Source: Octopus sinensis
Taxonomy: Eukaryota
DNA length: 64,000 nucleotides
Direction of reading: 5' to 3'
Assembly (NCBI RefSeq): GCF_006345805.1
Contig: NC_042998.1
Location: 110,546,001 to 110,610,000, forward strand
Of the stretch, positions 14,107 to 26,060 are shown one piece after another. The notes below the pieces were generated by a model. The model made no database searches, was not told the origin of the DNA, and saw only the letters and a list, made by a program, of their open reading frames with translations. How positions within the stretch are numbered: the first letter of the stretch is position 1; the number at the start of each line of letters is the position of its first letter. Both the position numbers and the translations under genes were made by a program.

Positions 14107-14457
14107 ATGTTTCCGCAAGTACTCTCAGACAAACTAAGTCTATACACAAAGACTGGGAGCTCACGGTCCAAGATATATATCGACTATGCTGGGCCAATGA
14201 ACGATGCACACTATCTAATCATTGTGAATGTCTATACAAAGCGGCCAGAGGTATGCAGATGTAATAAACCCATAGCAAAGACAACAATAATGTTCCTATT
14301 CGAATTTCTTGCCGAATATCGTGCTCCAGACACGTTATTTTCAGATAATGGAACACGATTCACGAGATATGAATTAAGAAATGTCTGCATAATACATACC
14401 ATAAAGCACATCTTTTCCTCGCCCTACCACCTGAGGACAAATGGTCAGGTAGAATGA
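14107..14457 (+). pseudogene. Gypsy integrase catalytic core remnant
   Basis: ORF YIDYAGPMNDAHYLIIVNVYTKRPEV...SDNGTRF...PYHLRTNGQVE. Confidence 0.88.
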
Positions 14458-14639
14458 TTTGACGACACATTCAAAAATGTTCTAGGAAAAGCTAGGAGTA
14501 AAGTAAATGATGACGTCGTACTAACGAAATTTTTGAGAGTATATAAATAACGCCAAATCCAAATACTAATTCAGGAAAGTCATCAACAGAGTTAATGTTC
14601 ACAGAAGAAAAATCGGTCTTCGACAAAACCGTTTATCTT

Positions 14640-15486
14640 TACCGACACAAATTTTTGGTTTTCGATGGTGTAATTTATTTTTGTTGATTAGACTTTCTTC
14701 GGTTTCTCATTTTTTGCATATTTCTTCAACCACCATTTTGACTGTTTATGCCCAGTTTTACCGCACTTAAGACCTTTTTAATATTTAAAAGGGCATTCTT
14801 TCTTAAAATGCAGGTTTCCGCAACCATAGCTTAGGTTTGGATTTATGTCTTTTTTGTCTTTCAATACTTTCTTTACACGTTTGTACATCATCATCATCAT
14901 TATCATCATCATTTATTTGTTTGTATCTTCTCGAAGGTTTATTATTTGTTGGCATTCCTCAGCCACTTTCTGCAAGGTTAGTTCAACATCTTTATTCAAC
15001 TCTAATAATATTCTTTTTCTAATTTCCGCGTCTTCCGTTACCACAAGCCCTTTAACGAATATTACGCACTTAAACATATCTGGCGTTAATTCTTGAAGCT
15101 TAAACCTTTCACAAGCCTTATTAACAATACCGGCATATGTTACAAATCGTCGGACCCATTTATTTTAAAATTGAAACATTCCCACTTTGTTCGTTAAAAA
15201 TATTAGTCAAAATATGTATCGTTTCATCGAGACACAATTCTGTCCTCGTATCGTCTGTAATACGCAGTAAAGGTAGTTCCTTCATCCGGTTGGTACTAAA
15301 ATTCTTCGATGGAGTTCGGAACACTGTCCGCTGAAAATCATTCTATCGTATTTCCCTTGTAGCGCACGTTCGACGTACGATATAATGGATAATAACGTCA
15401 TCGCCAATCGTTCTACTCAAGATACTTGTAATTACTTGTAATTACGACAATACGCAACTCTCGGCTTTACACAACTCACCGACTCA
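14640..15486 (-). mobile_element. Second Gypsy-family fragment in opposite orientation (R/U5, PBS-like, gag with two zinc knuckles)
   Basis: Minus strand: TGGCGATGAC PBS-like (15397-15406); gag NSIEEF*YQPDEG..TAYYRRYED; knuckles YGCGNLHFKKEC and KCGKTGHKQSK. Confidence 0.75.
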
Positions 15487-17185
15487 ATTTCTTTAGTTGC
15501 CACGTCGGCCCAACACAGAGGGTACAGCACAAGGCCATACAACAAAGTGGGGACATGAAGCATAAACGAATGAATGAAATGAATTATATAATTAATGAAG
15601 GTGGAATGGCTACTCGAGACACACTCACGCGTAGTACCATTTTACTATTTTTTCTTAAATGTTTATCGATTTAAAATCAAATCTAAACTTACTTTATCGG
15701 ATCATGTATGGTTTCAAGTTGTCATATTCTATCACTGGAGGTAGAGAGTTGCATCTCACTTCAGGTCCCAATGGGTCTATGTCATTTCCCAGATTTTCGT
15801 TTAGTTTTTTGTACCTGTCCATATCTATTAGTATAATCTTTATGTTTGTTGGGTAGTACTCTTCAGACATTTTGACTCTTACTGTTGATTTCATTTTTGA
15901 AATGTTTCTCTCGATGGCCGTGATCGTCTCATGACATATTTTTGTGACTGGCCTTTGATGTTTGTGTGTCTGCTTGTGTTGGTGTATATTTATCTGGAGA
16001 CTCTGGGTATTTAGGGATATTTGTGGTTTTCTTGGGTGTTTACAGCGGTATGGTAGACTGTGTGAGTATGTTTTCTATATTTCTTCCTGTGTAATGGGTG
16101 CTTGTGTGTTACTTGTTTCTTTCTTTTTCTTTTTGTTTAGGTTCTTCGGGGGCTGGGGATGAAGTTTTTAGTCCCTTTCCCTTTCTGCTTTGTACCTACT
16201 AGAACATTTCGTCTATACTTTCCACTTTTTTAAAAGGGGGAAGCTCACCTTTATGTGCCTCCTCTTTCTGCAGTAGTAGCGGGTGGGAGGTCTCCCTTCC
16301 ACTACCACTCGCTGCTTCACTTCTTCTGGCAGCTCAATTTCCTCTACAATTTCTTCCATGTCCTGTGAGATGGCCTGGATTACAACTTCCAGGCCAAATT
16401 CCCACCAGTTTCCTTGCTTCGTCCGAGTCACTTGCAGTATTTTTGGGTCCTCTTTTGTCCCCACCAAAATTATGGCAAGCAGCCACAACTTGGCTATCTC
16501 AGGGGGCACCCTGCCGATCCTTACTCTCGCCACTCGTTTACCGAGGTAGGTTGGCAAGAATGCCCATTCATCCGTTCTTAGTGTTGAAGTGGAGTGCTTT
16601 ATTGCCTACTCTACGGTAGCAAAACACACTTACACTGTACCGAATCTTCTTCCTCTACAAAAAATTCGATATCATTCCTAATTTCTCTCAGGCTCTCCTC
16701 TCTGGCTTCTTCACATGCCATCTCTATTTTCTTGCTCTTGACTGACAACGTTCTGTAAACCACCATTTTCTTATTTTTCATTTTTGTAATATCTTCAGAG
16801 GGAGTCAGCTTTAGCCTTAACCCCTCTCTTTGAATTAAATCCTTGCTCCTCTTGAAAATATCCAAATCCACACGTACTTCTTCCACTTCCAGCAGGTTAA
16901 CGGTAGCTGTAACATTTTCGCGGCTTGCTACAGACACGTAGCGCCCGGCTTGTATTTGCTTGGGTACCTGCACCACTTCTATAGCTAAATACTATTTTCG
17001 CCCTGAATGGAAGAGAAAGCAAAAACAAGTAAAACAGTACAACAATTAGTCAACAATAGCTCAACAGTTGTAACAATGGGTAAACCCGTTAGGTAAACCC
17101 TCGACAAAAATTAACTTATCTGTACCAGAATCAGAAGTGATTTAATATAGAGCAACACCGTTCTTTACAGGCTCACCGACTCTCA
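15487..17185 (-). mobile_element. ORF1-only non-LTR retroposon, unit D (full length, disrupted)
   Basis: ORF pieces 16611-16976, 16213-16557 (RVRIGRVPPE..VEGRPPTRYYCRKRRHIKV) and 15694-15894 are homologous to the ORFs at 48713-49725; shared 3'UTR hairpin and tail. Confidence 0.8.
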
Positions 17186-18996
17186 CTTTCTTTATTTTGG
17201 CACTGCCACCATTCACACAGAGGGAACAGCACAAGAACAGACACAACACCACAGTGGGGACAAAAACATAAAACGAATGAAAAAATAAGAAAAAAATGAA
17301 TGATGATATTGATGATGTTGAAATGGCTGCATTGAGCACCACTTTCAGTCAGTACCATTTAACTGTCAATTTATACAATTTTTGAAAGATTTTTTTTCTT
17401 TTTGCATGTTTTTTTCCCCATTTTTTAAAAAGTCTATTTCCCTTTTTTTCCTTTTAAAGGACTCTATTACCATGCATTAATGGTATTAGTTCTTCATATT
17501 TAACTACTTTTGGTACTTACTCAAATTCAATCTCTTCCTTCAAATGGTTCACCTCATCTCCAAATAGTTCTTTCGGTCTTCAATACCTTTCCTTGTCAAT
17601 CACCACACATTTGATGTGTTCCGGGTACCTTTCTGCTAGCAGTTGAATCCTTACGGCACCTTTAAACTTCGTTATATTCCGCTCTATGGCGGTGCTTTTC
17701 ACATGTGAATACATGCCACTTTTTCTTATTCCTATTTACTTGTTTATGCTCCGGACCGGAACCGTCCGGGTTAGTCGTTTCCCTTGGTTCCTCCATCTGT
17801 ACATTAGAATAATCATCCACGATTATGTCTTCCGCTCTATGTTACGCTACCTCTACTGTTATATCTGTCCAGTTTCCGGGGCCTTCTCTATTTTCTCCTC
17901 TATTTCCTTCATTCTTTTTTGGCTCTCTGGCGGAGAGCTCACCCGCTCTTTCCTCTTTCGCCTATTTACGACAGTAACTGGCTCCTCTGTATTTCCCTTT
18001 TCTCCGGCCCCTCCTCTTAGGCGGGTTGTCTTTCGTGTTGTTCCTCTACTTTACTTTCTTGCTGAGGGCACCTTACCTTCATGAGCTCTCTTTGTTTACA
18101 TAGAAAACATGTTGGAGGTCTTCCTTTCACTACCACTCTTAACGTAATGTCTTCTGGTAGAAGAATCTCTTCTACAATTACGTGTTGGTCTTTTAACATA
18201 ACTTCAATCGCTATCTCTAGGCCGTACTCCCACTAATTCACTTTCTTCGGTCTAGTTATCTCCAGAATGAATCCTTGCATTTGTATCCATTCTGTGCATG
18301 ACTGCTACCAACAGCCATGCCTCTTCGATATCAGGGGACTATCACTCTGGCAACACGTTTATCACAGTATGTCGGCAGCAGCACCCAATCTTGTGTCCTA
18401 TCGGCTCAGCGGAGTAGTTAAAAGCGTCCTCCTCGCTGGAGAACCTAACCTCCACAGTGCCGTATTTTCTTCCACGTGTATAGAAGGTGCTTAGTCCTTT
18501 CACGTCACGAAGTTATTCCTTAATTGCCTCTCTTAGGGCAATATCTATTATTTTGGTAGTAGTTGATAACGTCCTGCACACAACCGTTTTCCTAGCTACA
18601 TTCTTCGTCACTTCTGGTGGGGTCAGCTTTATACCGGCCCCTTCCTTTTGTAACAATTTATTTCCTTTTTCCCATTCCTTTGTGTCTACTTTTATTCCGC
18701 GAACTTCAAGGGTGTTGGTCGTAGTATCTTGAATAGTTGCGGATGCATAACTTGCGACACGCACTATTTCGCCTCCTTCCACCACTTCACCAATAACTAG
18801 TGAAGAAACAATCTCCAAAATAGGCGAAAGCAGCGAGAGAATTCAACAATTTAACAATTTAACGAATCTTGGTTCACCTGCGCGGGGAGACCTACAACAA
18901 TATATGATAACAGAGTGTAACAATAACAGTATGTAACAATTTAACTCACGTTTAACGAAGCCAACACCAACAACCGAAAAGTTGCGAGGTGACTCT
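17186..18996 (-). mobile_element. ORF1-only non-LTR retroposon, unit B (full length, disrupted)
   Basis: ORF pieces 18513-18818, RRM-like KYGTVEVRFSSEEDA, 18017-18199 (VKGRPPTCFLCKQRELMKVRCP), C-terminal VRIQLLAERYPEHIKCVVIDKERY; same 3' end. Confidence 0.8.
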
Positions 18997-19335
18997 CTCT
19001 GTATTTTGGTACTGCGACCATTCACACAGAGGAGACAGCACAAGGACTGACACAACAATACAGCGGGGACAAAAAACATAAAACGAATGAAAACAATGAA
19101 AAAAAATGTATAATGAAATCGACGATGTTGAAGTGGCTGCATTATGTCCAACTATCAAGCAGTACCACTTAAGTGTTAATTTATATAATTTTTTAAACTC
19201 CTTTTTTTTCTTTTTGCATCTTTTTTCCTATTTTTAAAAAGTCTATTTCTCTTTTTATCCTTTTAAACGACTCCTCTATTACCATTTATGAAGGATATAA
19301 ATTCTTCATATCTCCAAATAGTTCTTTCAATCAAG
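18997..19335 (-). mobile_element. ORF1-only retroposon, unit C (3' part only)
   Basis: 3'UTR 19175-19335 is colinear with 17362-17580; same hairpin and tail. Confidence 0.75.
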
Positions 19336-19445
19336 TGTGCCAACAAGTGTGCTTAGTACAACGGGAAGAAAAAGTGCTGTGTTTAACGAACAATATTACC
19401 TTAAAAGTCGGGCAACAATTAAGATACGAAAAAGGGGTGGAGAGT

Positions 19446-19776
19446 TGCTGGAAAGGAAAAATGAAAAGAAATTCCACTTTCTCATAGTCGTTGAAATCTC
19501 AAAAGGAGTGATGATGTGATGAAAGTTACGACGCCCCCTTGTGAGAGATAGATTAGTCTGAGTAAAATATATTAAAGATTCGAGTGAGTTCAAGAGTTCA
19601 AAGTCGAGTGACTTTCGTGTTAGTCGAGTGAAGTTCGCAGTAAAGTCGGAAGGTGTCGGTTCGTTAGTTCACAACGAATATTGATTGTTAGTTCGTAAAG
19701 AGATTTACTAGTTCGTTACATTGTTTTTACTGTTGTCTGGTTATCATATTTATTGTACGTAACAAATTACGTTGCA
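19446..19776 (+). repeat. Gypsy 3' LTR (TG...CA)
   Basis: Starts TGCTGGAAAGG after a purine tract; shares acgacgcccccttg and gtcggaaggtgtcggtt with the 46.7k/48.2k LTRs. Confidence 0.85.
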
Positions 19777-20170
19777 ACAGTAGGTTTTGTAGATTTTCTC
19801 GAGATCTTTCCATTCTCAATGTGAGACATTTTCGTTGCTGGACCAATGGAAATTTGTTTATATCTGTAGTGTCACTATTAGTTCTGAGCCAATATCAAAT
19901 CACTATGACAACGATGAAGCATATGTATGTCTACAGCCGACTCAATAAATGTTTATACGATAACTTACCAATAGTTACAAGTAAGGAAACATAATGAATG
20001 TTAACGCGTAGGAATTTGTACCTTTTTACTTTCACGATGAAATCTATGTAACATATCCTTAATTATGTGAAACTTGGAACCTATTCCAAATATTAGCAGT
20101 TATTGTGATCAGAAGATCTGCCATTATATTCCCACTCTACTTAGTTACCTCATCTCCTACATGATCAATA

Positions 20171-20594
20171 TGCTTCCAATATTCTACGGTGTCCCCAGTG
20201 AAAATTCTGAAAATGATATTCATCATATTTGGTAATACATCCGGTATGGAACATGGAGATTCATCAGAGTGAAGAAAAATACATAAAAGTAAAGAAAAGA
20301 AGAGCCCCTAGAAGATGAAAGGCTTAATATATTTAAATCATACTATCTTGCCTATGTGTACCTTCAGGACGTCATTTACTCAAACTCCTCAAGGAACACA
20401 TATGCAAAATGGTATGGTTTAAATATATGAAACTATTCATCTTCTTCTCGGGGCTCTTCTTCTTTTCTGTTCTTTTCTTTTATGTATTTTCTTCATTCTG
20501 ATGAATCTCCATGTTCCAGAGCAGATTTGTTACCAAGCATGATAAAAATTATTTTCAGAATTTTCAATGGTAATATCGTAGAATATTGGAAGCA
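20171..20594. repeat. Long inverted repeat/foldback (~175-bp arms, ~68-nt spacer)
   Basis: TGCTTCCAATATTCTACG...CGTAGAATATTGGAAGCA; internal tggaacatggagattcatcagagtgaagaaaa mirrored at ~20489-20519. Confidence 0.9.
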
Positions 20595-21544
20595 GAAACA
20601 GCTGTTAGATAGGATACAGTCTATTTGTATTAAAAAGTAGTAATTGATGTTAGTTAATTTTTGTTTGTCAATATTTCTCCATTTCTGTTTACTTTAAATT
20701 TATATATATTTATGCATGTATATATATATATATGTATGTATATATATATAATTATTTGGACTTCGTATATATGTCTAGTAGTATGTCGATTAGAACACTG
20801 TCACAATTTAGGTTATCTGATGTCATCCACAGTTACGATGTAATTGTCATTGGATCTTCGTCAGGAATTCCACTGTGTTCGTTGAGTTTATAATGAATGA
20901 GGGAAATGGAAAATGGACTTAGCAAGAATCTTTATTCTGCACAACAATCGTTTCGAGCCATCTCGCATCTGTCCCTTAGGGTGAAATAGAGTACATCTAG
21001 TTGTGTTGCATCCATCAATACAGACTGTTTTTCGTCAGGTTTCAGGTGTAAATAACTTTCGTTAATGCATATACTGAGTTTCGCTTGGCATGACGTTGGC
21101 CAGAGAGTGTTGGCTGCATTGATATAGGTTCGAATAATTTTGGCGTTATATCTCTTAGTCTGGCTGGGTCTGGCTATAGTTTACAGTGGATACATAACAT
21201 AAACTGCAGTCATAAATGATGGAGAATAAAACCTGACAAGGGATAAGAATTGAAGGATAAAAGGAATAAAGATAGCGAATAAAACGCGACAGAATATACG
21301 AATTGGAGGATAACATGAAGAAAGATAAGTATACACTTGTTGACATGAACATATATTTATATAGACGTAGACGTGCACACGCATACACACACACACACTC
21401 ACTCGCGCCGTCAAGGAAATGTGTGTGTCATAAACAACCAAGATGATCGTATTAAAGGCAAACAGATTAATGGTATCTTTCGGATGACTGATCCAGCTTA
21501 TTAAGCGGTGGTTTGGTAGACACTCGCACACAAACACAAGTATT

Positions 21545-21621
<77 letters not shown>

Positions 21622-21806
21622 TAAGCAATAAAGGGTTTAGCAACGAATTGCCTTACCACATACCGAATTTAGAAATAGCAGTCAAAGAGTTATAGCTATT
21701 TCTTCTACTAAAAAGGGAGATCTCAGTAAAGACAGCAATTGGAAGGCAGACACAAACAGGTAAGAGAGAATGAATTGACGGCAATCTATCATACATTTTA
21801 AAGTTA

Positions 21807-21913
21807 TCTACGGACGTACGTTTCGAAATCAAGTTTTTAGGAAAGCATAAGAATTAAATATATAAATATTAATAATTCTATCTTACCGAAACTTCTTTTC
21901 TCTTCAGCGTAGA
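21807..21913 (-). ncRNA. Type-I hammerhead ribozyme, copy 1
   Basis: TCTACG-CTGAAGA-[long stem II GAAAAGAAGTTT..AAACTTGATTTC]-GAAAC-GTAC-GTC/CGTAGA; predicted cleavage between 21813 and 21812. Confidence 0.8.
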
Positions 21914-22402
21914 ATACTATAATCATACTGATTATATTTGAATTTTGAGATACTAGAAGGCACCAACTCAACTCAGTATCAGAGCGAGCTAGAATCCGCA
22001 ACTAGTATCACACAAACTCATGTTTGAATGAAACGATTGTGTCACCAGCCCCTTCCCACCCGCGTGTAGCCAAAACAAGATGCTGTGGTCATCTACTGAG
22101 ATAAAATATGGTTATCCGTAATAATGAAGGGTGAAATTAATTAATTTGGAATAATTATCAATTAACACCAAGTAGTCTTCGGCATGTAAAACCTCATTCG
22201 AGGAAATTTAAGTAATACTAAGCAATAAAGGGTTTAGCAACGAATTGCCTACCACATACCGAATTTAGAAATAGCAGTCAAAGAGTTATAGCTATTTCTT
22301 CTACTAAAAAGGGAGATCTCAGTAAAGACAGCAATTGGAAGGCAGACACAAACAGGTAAGAGAGAATGAATTGACGGCAATCTATCATACATTTTTAAGT
22401 TA

Positions 22403-22507
22403 TCTACGGACGTACGTTTCGAAATCAAGTTTTTAGGAAAGCAAGAATTAAATATTAAATATTAAATAATTCTATCTTACCGAAACTTCTTTTCTCTTCA
22501 GCGTAGA
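22403..22507 (-). ncRNA. Type-I hammerhead ribozyme, copy 2
   Basis: Core, stem I and stem III identical to copy 1; predicted cleavage between 22409 and 22408. Confidence 0.8.
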
Positions 22508-22819
22508 ATACTATAATCATAAATGATTATATATTGAATTTTGAGATACTAAAGGCACCAACTCAACTCAGTATCAGCGAGCTAGAATCCGCAACTAGTA
22601 TCACCAACTCAATGTGTGAATGAAACGATTGTGTCACCAGCCCCTTCCCACCCGCGTGTAGCCAAAACAAGATGCTGTGGTCATCTACTGAGATAAAATA
22701 TATATATATATATATAGACGCTCACTAATACTTATATCTAACGGTGGTTTGGCTCACGCAAACGCATATATACAAGCGTTTATACACACACACATTTACA
22801 AATACATATACTTTAAATT

Positions 22820-23020
22820 CTTTTATTTGTATCAGACATTTGACTACGGCCACGCTGGAGCACGGCCTTTAGTCAAGCAAATCAACCCAGGACTTATTCT
22901 TTGTAGGCCTAGTACTTATTCTATCGGACTCTCTTGCTGAACCGCTAAGTGACTGGGACGTAAACACACCACCATCGGTTGTCAAGTGATATTGGAGGTG
23001 ACAAACAGACACACAAACAT
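22820..23020 (-). mobile_element. SINE
   Basis: gccacgctggagcac..tagtcaagcaaatcaacccaggacttatt..gaaccgctaagt; related fragments at ~3500, ~25140 and ~46360. Confidence 0.7.
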
Positions 23021-23083
23021 ACACATATACACACACACACACACGCGCACACGCGCGCACACACATATATATACATACATATA

Positions 23084-23243
23084 TACGACAGGCTTCTTTC
23101 AATTTCCGTCTACCAAATCCACTCATAAGGCTTTGGTCGGCCCGAGGCTATAGTAGAAGACACTTGCCCAAGGTACCACGCAGTGGGACTGAACCCAGAA
23201 CCATGTGGTTGGTAAGCAAGCTACTTATCACACAACCACTCCT
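23084..23243 (-). mobile_element. tRNA-derived SINE
   Basis: Minus strand AGGAGTGGTTGTGTGATAAGTAGC..GGGTTCAGTCCC (A/B box-like), then GGCAAGTGTCTTCTACTATAGCC. Confidence 0.8.
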
Positions 23244-23351
23244 ACGCCTAGTTGTATCCCCAGGAGAATATCTTCTCCAGCTGGCTATTGACACACTTTC
23301 TGTGCCCTATCAGTATTTGCAAAGGGAAGCCATCCTTCCCTTCGTCGACCT

Positions 23352-23407
23352 GACGTGATACGCACGGATACGGGTTTCTGGGTATTTACCCGTCGTCAGC
23401 ACACGTC
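23352..23407 (-). ncRNA. Candidate type-I hammerhead ribozyme within a Penelope-type repeat (~23245-23420)
   Basis: GACGTG(TG)-CTGACGA-C-GGGT/AAAT/ACCC-A-GAAA-C..GT-A/TCACGTC; non-canonical C.A pair at the base of stem II. Confidence 0.55.
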
Positions 23408-23989
23408 AATCACCGGTCTTCGATGTGTGTATATGCATATATGCAGGGCCACTTATATAAGTATTTACATATGCACACATACACATTCATTGCATTTATC
23501 TATGTTCATATAGGTCTTAACGTGTACGGGGCCATATACAAGCATTTATATTCCAGGTGTATAATCGCACCTCATTATGTGTATTAAAATATTTACTCAC
23601 CCTCTCACACACCCATATAAACATGTTTATACGTGCATCTACACGGCTATATTTTTGTATTTACATACGTCTGTATATATCAAAGGCACATATATGTCTA
23701 GTGGCACTCGGATACACAGACTCATTCTCATGGATACATATATAATCAGACAGTAATCACAATACATATTGTATAAGATGGAATTACATAGTACGTACTT
23801 TTTTGATGAACAGTCTACACTTATACATATTAACATTCAACAATAATCACGGTACATATTGTATTAGATGGAGTTATATAGATACTACTTTGATAAACAG
23901 TTTAGGACTGTATGATTTATCCAGTTTTTCTTATGCGTACGTTAGTACAAATCAATTTTCGAGGACAAACACATATATATGCAGGGCAG

Positions 23990-24245
<256 letters not shown>

Positions 24246-25689
24246 GTGTGTTTATGTTAAAATAAGGTTTCCTTTTTAAACAAGTTTAAGAATAAAACTG
24301 AGCATTTATCGCGAGTTGATTTAATAGTGAGAAGATTTAAAGTGAAGGTCGATTTGACTGGAACTTCAAGAAGCCCGGTTGTTCAACTAGTTCAACTATA
24401 TACGAAGATCATTCCACGAGTTTTCAGACTCTTTCATGAGAGGCCTTCCTTCGTTCAGCTTGAAGAAACAAGAAAAGTCACCACCTCTGGATTATACGAA
24501 AGGTGAGGAAAAGCTTTGATACCCACTACTGTCAAATAGTTGGCTTGCAGAATGGAACTGTGGACTAGTACATTGTTCTAATACAGGTGCTCCCTGCCTT
24601 TTACGACAAAATCTCTTCCTCAACTCTCACAAAACCTCCACAATGTACTCTTTGTTGATCGCTTGGCTAGAGGGAACTCAGTAGAGGTAGATGATGGTCT
24701 TGCTTCCGAGTGAACTAGCTTTGCCTGGTTCATTGTTCCAGTGAAAAAACAGATGTTCCTTTCATACAAGTTAACCTATAAACAGTCTGTAGCACTTCAT
24801 ATGTTTCTGTAGTGTTTTTGGCCAGCGTAACATAAACTTTTACTGCATAGTTACCTGCAAACTGTCTTCACGTCTCGACTACTTTCTGCAATCTAATCAG
24901 TTGACAAGCACTGTATAGTAGGGTTTGTTCAAAGTACTCTCAAAAGCACCTTCTTCAAACAAGTATAATAAATGTTAGCATTCTAGCTTATTAGTTGTAT
25001 AGTAATGACATACTAAAATTACTAGGACAGTTATAATTGCCTCTCTTTAAAATGTTTCACGACTTCTGGAATGCACTGCGAATACACACACACACATACA
25101 CACATGTATGTCTACATGTTTATGTATTTATTCTCTTATTCTTTTACTTGTTTCAGTCATTTGAATGTAGCCATGCTGGAGCACCACCTTAAAGGGTTTT
25201 AGTCGAATAAAATTTTACAGCTATATATATATAGGGTCAAATATAAATTTTAAATAGTGATATGCCGCGCATCTCATTTTTTTTTTAGATACGAGAAACA
25301 CAGTAAGTCTATAACACTCGCTAGTCACATACATCATCTCAAAAATCCCTAAATTGTGTCATTGGTGAAACATGTGTAAAGAACAAACGCGAGAAACTTC
25401 ATTTTGTGATTATCATATTTGTCTAATATTTGTTCTGTATATCTTAACTTAAGCTGAAATAGGCTGGATGATGATACTGCACATAGATCTGTAAATTCTC
25501 CGTTAATAGTCCCGCATCTAATTGTAAACTCAGCAACAAATATACATGTGTTTATATGTATGTGAGCAGGTATGTATAGATAAATGTACACACATTCTCT
25601 TTCTCTCACTTTCTCACATATATACCCACACACACATACACACACACTTAACGATATGATGAAATGTATCAGTATTATATCACTTGGCG

Positions 25690-26060
25690 TTATTTCATGG
25701 ACTTAAAATTGTATCGTAGGTTCTGAAAACCTCTCTGCAACAGTAGTAGAGCGATGGAGCTAGCCAAAACCCTTGCAGATTATATTTCACTTCCCTTTCA
25801 TTTCTCAAACAATGAAGTTCGTTCATGTAATGGACAACTATTTTACTTTCCCTCATAAGAAAGTCCCAAGTAAGACGAGAACCCATTTCATGAAAGGGAC
25901 TATGAAAAAGGAGAAATTAAGACGAAATAAATAATTTAATTTACACTTCAAAGAGTTCAGGCCATAAAGAAGAAAATAATGAAATGGAAGAGAGTTCCAG
26001 AATCGGGCAGCCCGAGCTAAAATGCTCCGAATGTAGAAGGATTCCTTATTCGGGAAAAGA
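25690..26060 (-). mobile_element. Decayed CR1/Jockey-type LINE ORF2 C-terminus
   Basis: Minus strand RSILARAARFWNSLPFHYF..LNSLKCKLN matches the typical RLWNSLP terminal motif. Confidence 0.55.

Larger units (their letters stand above)
12687..19776 (+). mobile_element. Ty3/Gypsy LTR retrotransposon copy 1 (partial 5' LTR 12687-12795, PBS 12801-12813, gag/protease/integrase remnants, RT-RNaseH missing, nested insertions 14640-19335, 3' LTR 19446-19776)
   Basis: gttagttcacaacg..aaattacgtt(a/g)ca at both ends; PBS TGGCGAAGAGGGT; protease LDTRSDISIVNMET (~13790); integrase IDYAGP..LFSDNGTRF..SSPYHLRTNGQVE; purine tract before TGCTGG. Confidence 0.88.
21621..22700 (-). mobile_element. Tandem ~596-bp non-coding repeat (1.8 units) with hammerhead ribozymes; retrozyme / Penelope pseudo-LTR-like, flanked by (TA)n
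   Basis: ctaagcaataaagggtttagc... at 21621 and ~22218; both units end ctactgagataaaata; no long ORF. Confidence 0.85.

Noticed and set aside
17321-17360. 3'UTR hairpin as a SECIS element
   Set aside because: No conserved AUGA/GA quartet or apical AA across the four copies.
24290-24760. Possible LINE 3' remnant (ENSWNDL motif, minus strand)
   Set aside because: Single weak motif with multiple stops; not supportable as a feature.
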